The notes below the pieces were generated by a model. That model saw nothing but the letters and a program-made list of their open reading frames with translations, ran no database searches and had not been told where the DNA came from. DNA of 64,000 bases. Source: Utricularia gibba. Its lineage: Eukaryota; Plantae; Magnoliophyta. Made by a program: the position numbers and the translations under genes. Shown one piece after another: positions 12,084 to 24,400 of this stretch (the first letter of the stretch is position 1; every line of letters starts with the position of its first letter). Location: assembly GCA_002189035.1 (NCBI GenBank), contig NEEC01000020.1:496001-560000 (forward strand). Reading direction: 5' to 3'.

Positions 12084-12774
12084 GCAAAGCACCTCTGATA
12101 TCCTACCTGATAAATATGCTCTGCTGCCTACTGGAGCCGCCCTGGGTTTCTCTCCTGGTGTTCTTTACGAACGTCCGCCGAGCTCTGGTTTTAGCAGCAG
12201 ATTTTTGGGTTTCACCTGAGAATGCATGACTGTAATTCTTTCATCCATTATCAACACACGACAACAAAAGCTGTGAGTCTTCTTGGCTTCTCTTTTTCTC
12301 AGCTTCTGTCATCCGCTCTTTTGCCCCACGGGCATTTTGACAAGTGACTGTTGCATGTAGTGTGGAGTGATTGTTTATGTATGTATGCACACATACATGC
12401 TCGTCTTGCTCAGGCGGACTCCAAGAACTCACATGCTGCATGTTAGCATCATGGACTCTGTCCCGTGCTTGAGATTGGGATCAGAAACATGAACGATTCC
12501 AAAATACTTGAAATCATTGGGATATCGATTTAGTTAATTTCCAGTGAAGAAACCACCAATGATACCCAAAATTACAAAACTATTCGAAATCATTGTGATA
12601 TTAAAAAAATATTTAAAATCATACTGAAATCATATAATTTAATTATTTATCACACTAATCTTCGGTCTTAATTTTTATGATATGATCACTCATCTCATCT
12701 GGTGAACTAGGGTTTCGACATCCCCCATCTCATCTCCAATTGCAACAAGTAGGGAGGGCATTAGGTATATAATA

Positions 12775-14515
12775 ATCTTCGGCCTTAATACCTGGACTGG
12801 GCAGCGTTAGCATCAAGGCCAAGCTCTATCCAGTTTGTGGGTTGGGCGTAGATGAGTGTTTGGGTGGGGCCGCAACCAATATTTGAGCTGGTCTGAATCA
12901 CAGTTTGGGTTGGGTTGTCAAATTCCTGGTCTGGGCCAAGTTAGCATCTGGGCCATCTATAGCAAGTTTTTGGGTTAGGCGTAGCTGAATGTTCAGGCCG
13001 GGCCCACTCCAACATTTGGGCTGGTCTGAACCAATGTTTGGGTTGGATCGTCAAATACCTGGACCGAGGCGCGTTAGCATCTGATCCAACCTCCAGCCAA
13101 TTTGTGGGTTGGGCATAGCTAACTGTTCGTGTAGGGCCACATACAATATTTGGGTTGGACCGTCAAATACCTGGACCAGGCCGCGTTAGCATATGGGCCA
13201 ATCTCTAGCCAATTTTTGGGTTGGGCGTAGCTGATTGTTAGGGCCGGGTCGCATCCACTATTTGGGTCGGCATATCCAATATTCAGACTGGGCCGCCTCT
13301 AGTGTTTGGATTGAACCGTCAAATACCTGGGCCGGTCCGCGTTAGCATCTGGGTCAACCTCCAGCCAATTTGTGGGTTGGGCGTAGCTGAGTGTTCGAGC
13401 CGGCCAAATCCAATATTCGGGCAGGGCGACCTCCAGTCTTCGGGCCGGGCCACATACAATATTTGGGTCGGAACGTCAAATACCTGGACCGAGCCGCGTT
13501 AGCATCTGGGTCAACCTCCAGCCAATTTGTGGGTTGGGCGTAGCTGGGTGTTCAGGCCGGACCGCGTCCAATATGTGGGCCGCGCCACCTCCAGTGTGTG
13601 GGTTGCATCGTCAAATACTTGAGCCGGTCCGCTTTAGAAACTGGGCAAACCTTCCGACAAATCGTGGGTTAGGCGTACCTGAGTATTAGGGCCGGGCCGC
13701 ATCCAGTGTTTGGGTTGGATCGTCAAATACCTGGGCCGGTCCGCTTCAGAATCTGGGCCAACCTTCCGCCAATTCTTGGGTTAGGTGTAGCTGAGTATTA
13801 GGGCCGGGCCGCATCCAGTGTTTGGGTTGGATCGTCAAATACCTGGGCCGGACGGAGTTAGCATCCGGGTCAACCTCATGTGAATATGTCGGTTAGGCGT
13901 AGCTGAGTGTTCGGGCCGGGCCACATACAATATTTGGGTTGGACCGTCAAATACCTGGACCGGGCTGCGTTAGCATCTGGGTCAACTTCCAGCCAGTTTT
14001 TGGGTTGGGCGTAGCTCAGTGTTCGGGCCGTGCCACATCCAATATTTGGGTTGGGCCACATCCAATATTTGGGTGGGCCGAATCCAATATTTGGGCTGAT
14101 CTGAAACAATGTTTGGGTTGGGTCGTAAATTCTTGGGATTGGTCGCAGTGGCATCTGTTCAAGCTCTATCCAGTTTTGGGTTGGGCGTAGCTGAGTGTTC
14201 GGGCCGGGCGGGAATCAATATTTGGTCTGGGTCGCATCCTATATTTGGGTTCGGCCGCATTGAAGGATCTGGGTTATGTCTTCAAATTCCTGGTCTGGGC
14301 CGCATTAGTATCTGGGCGAAGCTCTATCCAGTTTTTGGGTTGGGCGTAGATGAGTGTTTGGGCTGGGCCGAATCCAATATGTGGGCTGATGTGAAACAAT
14401 CTTTGAGTTGCGTCGTTGAATAACTGGACTGAGCCGCGTTGCTATATGGGCCAAGCGCTATCGAGTTTGTGGGTTGAGCTTAGCTGAGTGTTCGTGCTGG
14501 GTCGCATACAAACAA
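12775..14515. repeat. Degenerate higher-order tandem repeat: ~13 units of 112-176 bp built from ~22-bp sub-monomers, G-rich on the + strand
   Basis: The anchor (G/A/T)TAGCT-like motif within TGGGTTGGGCGTAGCTGAGTGTT occurs at 12848, 12981, 13115, 13227, 13383, 13540, 13675, 13787, 13899, 14011, 14187, 14346 and 14480. Spacings are 133, 134, 112, 156, 157, 135, 112, 112, 112, 176, 159 and 134 bp. Confidence 0.95.
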
Positions 14516-16707
14516 CTGCTTCTATATCTAGAAAACCGCTCAGGGTTCCTACTCAAAACTTTGCAAGTCCATAAATTCTTCTATGTCATGCGCTCACAGC
14601 AGTGGAAGCGAGCCAAAACATGATATTCGAAGACGCTGCGGCGAGAAGAAGCCATGCTATGAAAGCTGAAGAGATGGAGATTTGAAAGATGGCGCATGAT
14701 AGATGAGGATGCGAATGGCAGAACGGAGAAGAAGAACACCACAGCAGCAGCAGCAGCAGACGAGAATGGTCCTCCCGAGTTGGCTTCTCACCATTTTCTT
14801 GTCATAAATGAGAATGGGGCAGAGATGCAATCTGCCTACTCCCACCACTCTTTTGCCCCTCTTCTCAATTACCATTTCACTCCAGATTCCTTTTAAATAC
14901 AATTTCAGTAAAATACACAACAAAATAACGTAATCACCTATAAAACAAAATGTTATTCTTTTACAATATTGTTCGTTTTAAATATTAAATTATCACAATT
15001 TTATGTTATTTTCATGCCAAAAAAAATTCATACAAGATTATTAGGCATGCATATATTTTTAGATATGTTATTGTAATTTAATTTTTTATTAATAATTTAT
15101 CCCAAATATTTATTTTCTTGACAATTTAATTAGCTATAGTCATTAATATCATAATGGATATGAGCATGTGTCCGACCCGCGCAAATCTGGATCAAACCCA
15201 CCGAATTAAACGACGGTCAACGGGTTGACTCGTGGAATACGTCACCACAAGTACTTTTTTAGATGTTTTAATAATATATATAATTAATAAGATTCTCGGC
15301 ATCATAAATCCTCATTATTTATAAATTTTAAAAAATGGTCCTTCATGTTTTATTGTCATTTATATTGTTTAAAATTAATTTTCAATGATTTAATATTACT
15401 ATTTTTGTATAACTAGTCCTCAATAAATTTTGACAAAATTAGTCTCTAATTAATTATGTCTAGTTTATTAAATAATTGAAGATTAATTATATCTACTATT
15501 TAAACATTGATGAATAAAAAATATTTAAAATATAAAACTATTGTGATTAATTATGATGATCAATCAAATTTTGAGAACTATTTCATCGTTTGAAACGAAA
15601 TACATTATTTATATTAAAAATGAAGATTAATTTTATTAAAATGTCAAATATTAAGGTTTTTAATATAATTCCCTCGGAATTAATATATTTATCCGATGCA
15701 TGAATCCATACCCGCCCATATTACACAGATATGGGTCGAGTCACGGGTTGACCCGCAATCACACCCATATGTACCACATAGCAGCATAAGTGCGAGCTTT
15801 GACAGCTCATGGGTCAGCGAGGAACATATGATGACTTGGGCCACTGTGCACCAAAAAGGGCATGTACGGCACACGTCGGTTTGCTCCACTTTTATAACAT
15901 AAAAGTCCTGGATGGTCTTCCATTTTTCTTCTTTTTTTTTTTCTATTTTAAAATTGAAGACGAATGAAATTTACCAAAGTAAATTGGGTAATGAGGCCCC
16001 CCATTTGACCGGAGGGAAAAGGTTGGTTTTGTTTCTTTGAATGAGATTAATTTACACAAAAATGAATAATTTAAAAAATATGAATGTATTTTCTAGAAAA
16101 TAAAAAATAATATCGTATTTTACTGTCATATAATTAATAAAATTCATTTAATCTTATTGGGAGGTATAATCTATTTATATATTATCATTTACTAGACATA
16201 TAATTCATATTTATTATTTAATATAAAATAACCTTTAATATCTTATGAAACGTGTTATATACGCGGGAATCCCGAATTTTAAGGTTACGATCAACCACTA
16301 CAAATGCAAGTTGAGTGTATCCTTTGGAATTGAGTTTCAATCTTGATTTTAAAAATACAAATATCATTTTAAAGAACAAGTGAGGAGTTTTATCATGAAT
16401 TATTTTAAGTGGTTTTAATAAATCCCATTTAATAATTAAATTTATAACAAGAGAAATTTGATTTAATTAAATTTTCATAAATTTTATTAAAAATATCATA
16501 AATTTAAATCATAAATTTTATTTAATTATTTTCTAAAACCCATTTTGTGGGATAAAAAATTGGAATAAAATAAGGGGCGTATTTATGGTTTTAAAAAGAA
16601 AAGCAGCAGGAGCAGCATCAACCTTTGTCACTTTCTTGTTCAACTACCAGCGTGGTGCCATTAAACCTCTGCGGCTTCACCCACACCCACAACTCCAACT
16701 CCGACCC

Positions 16708-17337
16708 ATGGACTGGTTGTCGTGGCTCTCAAAATCCGATCTTGATCCCTCCCTCGTCCCCGAGTACGCCTACGTCTTCCACGACAACGAGCTCGACGCC
16801 GAAGACATCGCCTACTTCAGCCACGACTTCCTGCAGAGCATGGGGATCTCCAAGGCGAAGCACCGCCTGGAGATCCTCAAATTGGCCAGAAAGCAGAGAC
16901 GGGTGCGTTTCCAGTGGATGCTCTCCGCGGTGGCGCGCACTCGGAGCTTCCTGATGCACCGGATTCGCGGGATCGTCCGCCGGGGTGACCCGGCTGGGGC
17001 GGTGGTTGCGGTGAGGAACCACAGCCTGAGGTGGAAGCTGTCGATGATGCAGCGGGGGCAGGGGATCCGGTCTAGGACTGAGAATAACATGCTCGCTTCT
17101 GCTCCGAGGATGCTCATCATGCCCAAGCCGGCAGCGAAGGATGGTGACTCCGGGTCGAGCCATCGGTCGACGTTGCCGGAATCGGAGGTGATTGAGCCAG
17201 GTGAGGCGCCGGCCAGCCATCTCGATAGCAGCATCTCGAGCAAACTGGTCCCCTCCCCGGAAAGGGCGTCGTCTTTCTCCGGCGGCGCTCAGCCCCTCAA
17301 GTGGATCTCCCTGTTTCAGGACTTGAAACCCACCTGA
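16708..17337 (+). CDS. Plant SAM (sterile alpha motif) domain protein, 209 aa, intronless
   Basis: The N-terminus MDWLSWLSKSDLDPSLVPEYAYVFHDNELDAEDIAYFSHDFLQSMGISKAKHRLEILKLARK is a typical plant SAM_1 domain, and the C-terminus W.SLFQDLKPT is characteristic of this family. I chose the ATG at 16708 over the in-frame ATG at 16585 because the family starts with MDW. Confidence 0.88.
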   Translation: MDWLSWLSKSDLDPSLVPEYAYVFHDNELDAEDIAYFSHDFLQSMGISKAKHRLEILKLARKQRRVRFQWMLSAVARTRSFLMHRIRGIVRRGDPAGAVVAVRNHSLRWKLSMMQRGQGIRSRTENNMLASAPRMLIMPKPAAKDGDSGSSHRSTLPESEVIEPGEAPASHLDSSISSKLVPSPERASSFSGGAQPLKWISLFQDLKPT

Positions 17338-18470
17338 GTGCTTCCGTTTCCTGGGTAATCGGGAAGTGCTCTTCTTGTACGCTGCTATTCTACGCCGTGG
17401 TGATTAATTATTCTTGATTTATTTATTATTTTTAAAAATTTTACAGGTCGGATCTGATTCACTATACAACTCAGAAAATAATTCTTATTTTATATTTAAG
17501 TTTTTTCTAGAGTAGGAACTGAAATTATAATTATAATTCTATTATGGTCGTACTATATATTAAATTTAGAAAAAGCTCTCAATAATTGATTTTAGTAGGA
17601 TTAAAAATTAAAAATTATACTACTTCGTTAATTTAAATGACTTTCAGATTACGAAAGTTTTTTAATCTTATATACATGAATTTATCTAAAATCACATTCT
17701 TATATTATTTTATTTTATATCAATTCTAATCCAAATAATTAAATAATATGTAAAAAATTAAGATATTTATATTATCTTTATTTAAGACTAGTAACATTTT
17801 TTTATTCTAATTTCATTTACAAATAGATGATCACGTCCCGTTTAAAAAGTGTCATTGTGGGCCGGGCCGTACGTCTCTAAGTCCACATACACTTCCTGGG
17901 CCTTTCTTTATGATGACGTGGTTTTCTTGGACTTGGACAGGCTTTCAGGTTAAATTATAGTATTTCTGCTTTATAAAATTAAGATAAAAAGAATTTAATT
18001 TATTCAATAAAGTCGATATAAAATAATTGATTTTTAATATCATATTTTCTTAATAAAATTACGTAAAGGAAGCAGAAATAAATCCCACCAATTACAAGTT
18101 ATTTTGTAAACTCACAAATTAAAACATAATATAATATTATTTTTTGGATTTAAAGGTAAAATTATAAATGATAGGATATCGAAATATGCATTAAACTGAG
18201 ATTGAGCTATGAAATGTAGTAACTCGGTATTTAAATAGATTGCCAAAGCAGGAAAGTCAATGGCAATTGATCGATCACCCGTCTCTTTGCATGAGTAACA
18301 TCAAAGGCCAACCCTCTCCCTCAGTTAACAGCTCAAAAATGAAAGCAGGGAAAGGAAAAATAACCGCTATTCCTGCTGGGTGGTCAAGAGAAGTACCTGT
18401 CTGTGGTTAAAACCAGTGATCTCTGATGCACAGAGGATTTTGTAATGTTAGCTTCTTCATGCTGGTGATA

Positions 18471-20511
18471 TCAGCTGATCCCAGAGACGAGTTCTGGGCA
18501 ATGTGTTTGTTCTTCAAATGGGATGTTCAGATCTGGAAGCATGAACTTCTGCTCTGGTAGATTATTTGAGGTGGGGCATGCGACGGGTTGCAATTTGATC
18601 TGTTCAAAGAAGTAGGAGGGCAGTATTAGCTTTGAAGTGTAGCCGAAGTTTCGTTCTCTTGGAGAGGAGAAAGTGGAGGTTCGTACCTGCATTCTCTTGA
18701 ACATGTCGTTCTTTTTGGTTTGCTCTTCCAGATGTAACCGCATTTGGGTTATTTCCTAAGGAAACAACAGATTGTATGGCATCAGAAGTTGGTAGAAATG
18801 CCGCATCTACGGTGCGACAGTAGCTTACCTTTTGCAACAGTTTTCTTTCCTTGAGCAGTGAGCTCTCTTCTGCCCTTAGCTCTGATAAGGTCTGCGAATC
18901 ATAAGAGAAGAGCCAGCAGACACGTTAGCCAACGTTTTCATCAATCCCTTATAAAGAGCAGCAACAGTTTGGGATGCTCACCTTCTTTCTGTTGGGTCTC
19001 TTAGAGCTCTTGCTTTCGCTTCCAACGTTAATCTGCCACACAAATCAGTCATCAACATGGATAATCAATCGCAGTCTCATCATATGAATCAATGCAAAAC
19101 AGAGAGGCCCTCCGTTCCAAGGACAAACAGGGCATCCATGTTGTCATAATTACCACAACAAGATAAGTTTGATCTCATAAATGAAGGTCACGCACACAGG
19201 CTTGACCACTCAACCAAACGCACAGGGAACAATCCAAAGAAAGGGTCTTTCGAGGGGCAACCAGATAATCAGCCCTTCATTGATTAGCCATTAAATGCAG
19301 CCGCCTCGAAGTAAAAAAAGAAAATGAGTTCACCAGCAAACCAAATACCCAACTGGATGGACACTGGGACTGCATTTATGTTCAATCTATACGCGAGAAC
19401 CTTGAATTACACCATTGGCGACATAATAGACGCCCCCCTACAAGTGACTGTAGAAGAAATGATTATACACAGATCGCAGACACTTCGCTTTCGTAATCGC
19501 TGGGGACGGGAAGCTCATGGGGAGAGGCGGAAGGAAAAGGACCCCAGAGAGCCTTGCGGCACAACAGAATCGAAAACGACGTCACGTTCAGGGGACAAGA
19601 ACAGACATGACCTGCAATCCAAAATGGATGCGCGATGATACGTTAAGTGATGGTGAACCCCACCACACCAGATAACCCCCAAAACGTGGAAACACCAAAA
19701 TCAACTCTCCAACGCAGGCCTAGCGTCACGAAGGACACGCTAACAACGTGTCGGCCCCTACACGAAATGACCTGACTACCCTTTCGGTGTAAATCACGCT
19801 CCTAAAAGGTCAGAAGTAGGGGTAAGTCATTTATCACCAGACTGCCTGTCAGGGGTTCAGGATAATGGTGTAATTTCACGGAAGGACACGCCACGGATAC
19901 TCCGGGGAGGGGTAAATGTGTCATTAGTGAGCACAGAGGCCGGTGGCCGGGGGACAAGTGCGCAAAAAATAGGTATGTGAATGGCGGAATCTGGCTTCAA
20001 CACACGCGTGGCAGTCCATATCCCCATGTCACAGGGGTATAAAGGTCAATTATACGTCGCCCGCTCCGAAGTAATAGCTGACACGGGGACCCTAAATGCA
20101 AATAATTCGTAGAGACGCCACCGCGCACGGCTACCGGAAAATCGAGGAAAATACTTTCCGTCGCCGGATCTCGCAGAAGCGACGACGATCGACAGATTAA
20201 ATAAGTGAAATATATTTTTGCGTTTCACGAACCTTAGATCTCACGCCTTTCTCGGGTGGGAACCGGCTAGACTCTACTTCGTAACCGCCGCCGCCAGATC
20301 CGCTAAACGACGTCGCGCCGCTCCACGTCAGCGGCGTAGAAGGGCTGGCTCTCTGTGCCTGCTTCACAGACCTAGATCGCCGCTGCCGTACGCTCCACTC
20401 CAACGGTAAGGGCGGCGACGGAGAGGAAGCGCCATGGAGACGCACGAGTAAGTCCACAACGAGCGTGTCGTCGCTCATGGCCGCCGCCACCCAATCGTCA
20501 GCGATTGTCAT
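18471..20511 (-). CDS. Uncharacterised plant protein (coiled coil plus C-terminal DLNxP EAR-like motif), 5 exons, ~196 aa
   Basis: Exons (minus strand): 20511-20233, 19032-18982, 18891-18829, 18755-18687, 18599-18471; all phase 0, GT-AG. Motifs WVAAAMSDDTLVVDLLVRL, LPLEWSVRQRRSR, RASPSTPLTWSGATS, KKTLSELRAEESSLLKER and LPDLNIP resemble the At1g15800/At1g80610 family as I recall it. Confidence 0.85.
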
Positions 20512-21288
20512 AGACGCTGGACACGTCGTTGGCGCCTCTTTTCCGAGCTAGAGATAGAAAGAGAAGGAAAGGAGGCCAAGCAGCTGAAAATGGATTAGTG
20601 GTGGCAGAGAAAATCCGAGGAGCGGAGATTTGTATATATACCCTACTAATTTTTTTTTTAAAAGGGGAAATTAGAAAAAAAGCTACCGGGCCCACAAACA
20701 CACATTGCTGACTGTCTGATAGAACCCTTAATTTGAAATAGTTGATACATTTAACAACTAAATATTAAAATTAATTATTCAATAGAATTTTAAACAAAAA
20801 TTCCCAAATTATTTCTATACAAAAAATATTATAATTATTATTTTTCATTTAGCCAATTTTTCAATTTAAATAAATATTAAATTCGTAAGCCATCTATTAT
20901 TTTGAGCATATTCAATTATCTAATAGTTATTGTAATATTTCTAAAAATATTCAAAAATACTTATAAATTTACATAATTTCAAAAATACTTATTAATAATT
21001 ATGAATGTTTACAATTTTAAAACAAAAATAGAAATGGGGGGAATGTTTTTCGCGTAAATGAATTAAAAGGGAGGGCAACCAATGAGATGATACCACGTCT
21101 AGTCTATTGACCCGGGACAGAGTTCTCGCATTCGTTCATCTCCTCTCACTCTGTTTTCTCTCTTCTCCGCTTCTGCTACTGAGAGCTTTACGTGGCGAAG
21201 TGGCTTCCATTGATGAGTGGAAGCCCCCATGTTTACAGTTTACTATTCTTGAAGGTTTTCACGTAGAGTTCGCTTCCCTCCTCCACAC

Positions 21289-21295
21289 TATAAAA
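21289..21295 (+). promoter_or_regulatory. Candidate TATA box of the H+-ATPase gene
   Basis: TATAAAA at 21289-21295 is followed by a CT-rich, ATG-free leader of ~130 nt before the ATG at 21423. Confidence 0.5.
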
Positions 21296-21422
21296 ACCAC
21301 TCTGCGTCTCACACTTTCTTTCCATCGCTTCACACTTCACTGTTCTGTATTCTTCGCTTCTGTTCGTATTCCGATTCTGAATCTACTGGAGTGTATCACG
21401 GTTTGTGTTCTGGGTTTGTGAA

Positions 21423-24400
21423 ATGGTGGAGGGAAAGGGTGATATCAGTTTGGACGACATTCGAAAGGAGAATGTTGATCTGGTTCGGAAGTTGTTTTTA
21501 AATTCCTTACTTTTTTTCCTTTTGTTTTTTATCTGCGATGGGGATTTGATTCTATGGGGGGAATGGGTATCAGGAACGCGTACCACTGGAGGAAGTCTTC
21601 TCGCTGCTTCAGTGTTTGAGGGAAGGGCTGAGTAACTCTGAAGCTGAGAGGAGGCTTCAGGTTTTCGGACCCAACAAGCTTGAAGAAAAGAAGGCAAGAA
21701 ATATCAAATGGGTTGCTGTTTCCTTGTAATTTCAGCATCATGATCGCGATTCGTTGTTGGTTAATGCAGGAGAGCAAGTTTCTGAAATTCCTGGGGTTCA
21801 TGTGGAATCCCCTGTCGTGGGTGATGGAGGCAGCGGCGATCATCGCCATTGTTCTCGCGAATGGACAGGTTTCCATTGAATACAACGTTTCGAGTTCCCG
21901 TCGGCGAGAACACGTGAATTATTTGGTATATGCAATTTCAGGGGAGGCCTCCGGATTGGGAAGACTTTGTAGGAATCGTGGTGTTGTTGATCATCAACTC
22001 AACGATAAGCTTCATGGAAGAGAACAATGCCGGTAACGCCGCAGCAGCTCTGATGGCGGGACTTGCTCCTAAAACAAAGGTAATGTCGAAACTCAGTAAC
22101 AGAAGGCAAAAAGGAGACTTCTCCTGTTACATTCAGTGATTACGCTTGCCTTTTTGTCAAAAGGTTCTCAGAGATGGAAGATGGAGTGAGCAAGAGGCTG
22201 CAATTTTAGTCCCCGGAGACATTGTCAGCATCAAGCTCGGTGACATCATCCCGGCTGACGCTCGTCTTCTCGAAGGCGACCCTCTCAAGATCGATCAGTC
22301 TGCACTCACCGGCGAATCCTTACCGGTTACAAAGCATCCGGGCAGCGAGGTTTTTTCAGGTTCGACTTGCAAACAGGGCGAAATCGAGGCAGTTGTCATA
22401 GCCACTGGGATCAACACCTTCTTTGGTAAAGCAGCCCATCTTGTAGACAGTACTCAGAATGTTGGCCATTTCCAGCAGGTACTTATCTGAGTGGTCTCAT
22501 CTTGATGCTCTTTTCCATCATTTTAACACGGGAATGGATATATCAGGTGCTCACTGCCATTGGAAACTTCTGTATATGCTCCATTGCTATTGGGATTGTC
22601 ATCGAGTTGATTGTTATGTACCCGATTCAGCATAGAAGCTATAGAGATGGGATTGATAATCTCCTGGTTTTGCTCATTGGAGGCATTCCCATTGCCATGC
22701 CTACTGTTTTGTCTGTGACCATGGCGATTGGCTCTCATCGTTTATCTCAGCAGGGCGCCATCACCAAAAGGATGACCGCCATTGAAGAAATGGCCGGAAT
22801 GGATGTGCTCTGCAGTGATAAAACAGGCACACTCACTCTCAATAAACTCACAGTGGATAAAGCATTGATTGAGGTCGCCGGAATTGATGTTTTTCTCATC
22901 TGGGCTTCACTCTGATAGTGATTTTTCTGATCCACTGATGATCCTGTTGTTCAGGTTTTTGCAAAGGATGTAGACAAGGAGCTCCTGATACTCCTGGGGG
23001 CTCGAGCATCAAGAGTTGAAAACCAAGATGCCATTGATGCTTGCATTGTTGGGATGCTGGCTGATCCAAAGGAGGCTAGAGCTGGAATCACCGAAGTTCA
23101 TTTCCTTCCATTCAATCCCGTTGAAAAGCGGACGGCTATTACCTACATTGATGGCAACGGGAACTGGCATAGGATCAGTAAGGGTGCTCCAGAACAGGTG
23201 GGGATATTCAACTCAATATGCATACCGCTTCCTGCTGCTGATCCTCTTGTTTATGGTTTCAGATCATTGAACTATGTGAACTTAAGGAGGATTTCAAGAG
23301 GAAGGTTCATTCGATCATCGACAAGTTTGCGGACCGCGGTCTCCGATCCCTTGCTGTTGCTCAGCAGGTAAGCAGGACTTAGTTTACTGTCAAATTTATG
23401 AACAATAAACAAACTGAAGTTCTTTTGTTGGTTTCATGTAAAGGTTGTACCTGAGAAGACGAAGGAGAGTGCAGGCGGGCCTTGGACGTTTGTTGGGTTA
23501 TTGCCACTTTTTGATCCACCAAGGCATGACAGTGGAGAAACCATCAAACGTGCCCTCAACCTTGGTGTCAATGTGAAGATGATTACTGGAGATCAGCTGG
23601 CAATTGGAAAGGAAACAGGTCGTAGGCTTGGCATGGGGACGAACATGTATCCCTCTTCTTCGCTCCTCGGCCAACACAAGGATGAAAGCATTGCTCATAT
23701 CCCTGTTGAAGAGTTGATTGAAAAAGCTGATGGCTTTGCTGGAGTCTTCCCAGGTAGATAGGCAATCGATCACCTTGCTCTCTTTGAGGCTTTTTCTTCA
23801 ATCTTGTTTGTTCCCCTGTTGTTTCCAAACTCAAAGGGATCCACCCCTCTTCGTGCTGCAGAACACAAGTATGAGATTGTCAAGAAGCTACAAGAAATGA
23901 AGCATATCTGTGGAATGACTGGAGATGGAGTGAATGATGCACCAGCTCTCAAGAAAGCAGACATTGGCATTGCAGTAGCAGATGCAACCGATGCTGCACG
24001 AAGTGCCTCGGACATAGTACTGACCGAGCCTGGCCTGAGTGTCATAATCAGTGCTGTGTTAACCAGCAGGGCCATCTTCCAAAGGATGAAGAACTACACA
24101 ATCTATGCAGTTTCTATCACAATCCGAATAGTGCTAGGCTTTCTTCTCCTTGCACTCATTTGGAAGTTCGACTTCTCGCCTTTCATGGTGCTCATCATCG
24201 CAATCCTAAATGATGGAACCATCATGACCATCTCCAAAGACAAGGTAAGGCCATCTCCAATGCCTGATTCTTGGAAGCTCAAGGAAATCTTCGCCACAGG
24301 CATCGTTTTGGGGGCCTACCTTGCTGTGATGACAGTGGTTTTCTTTTGGGCTGCTCAGGAATCCGACTTCTTCACTGTAAACACATACGAATAGACTCTT

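Noticed and set aside
12653-12665. CACTA at 12653 as the left TIR of a CACTA transposon enclosing the array
   Set aside because: The sequence (CACTAATC) does not resemble typical CACTA(C/G)AA TIRs, and I found no matching TAGTG end or 3-bp TSD to the right of the array.
12775-14515. The repeat array as a CRISPR array or as a repetitive protein gene (ORFs 13302-13502, 13876-14154, 13939-14190, 14109-14423)
   Set aside because: This is plant nuclear DNA with no unique spacers and no cas genes. The ~22-bp monomer and most unit lengths are not multiples of 3, so the ORFs are short, shift frames and have no recognisable domain.
15160-15900. CGGGTTGAC-containing GC patches flanking an AT-rich core, suggestive of a hAT-derived element
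   Set aside because: Only a 9-bp shared motif is present, with no identifiable TIR or 8-bp TSD.
16585-16707. 41-aa N-terminal extension of the SAM protein from the upstream in-frame ATG
   Set aside because: The family starts at MDW, and the upstream ATG sits in a TATA-like context (TATTTATGG), probably at or before the TSS.
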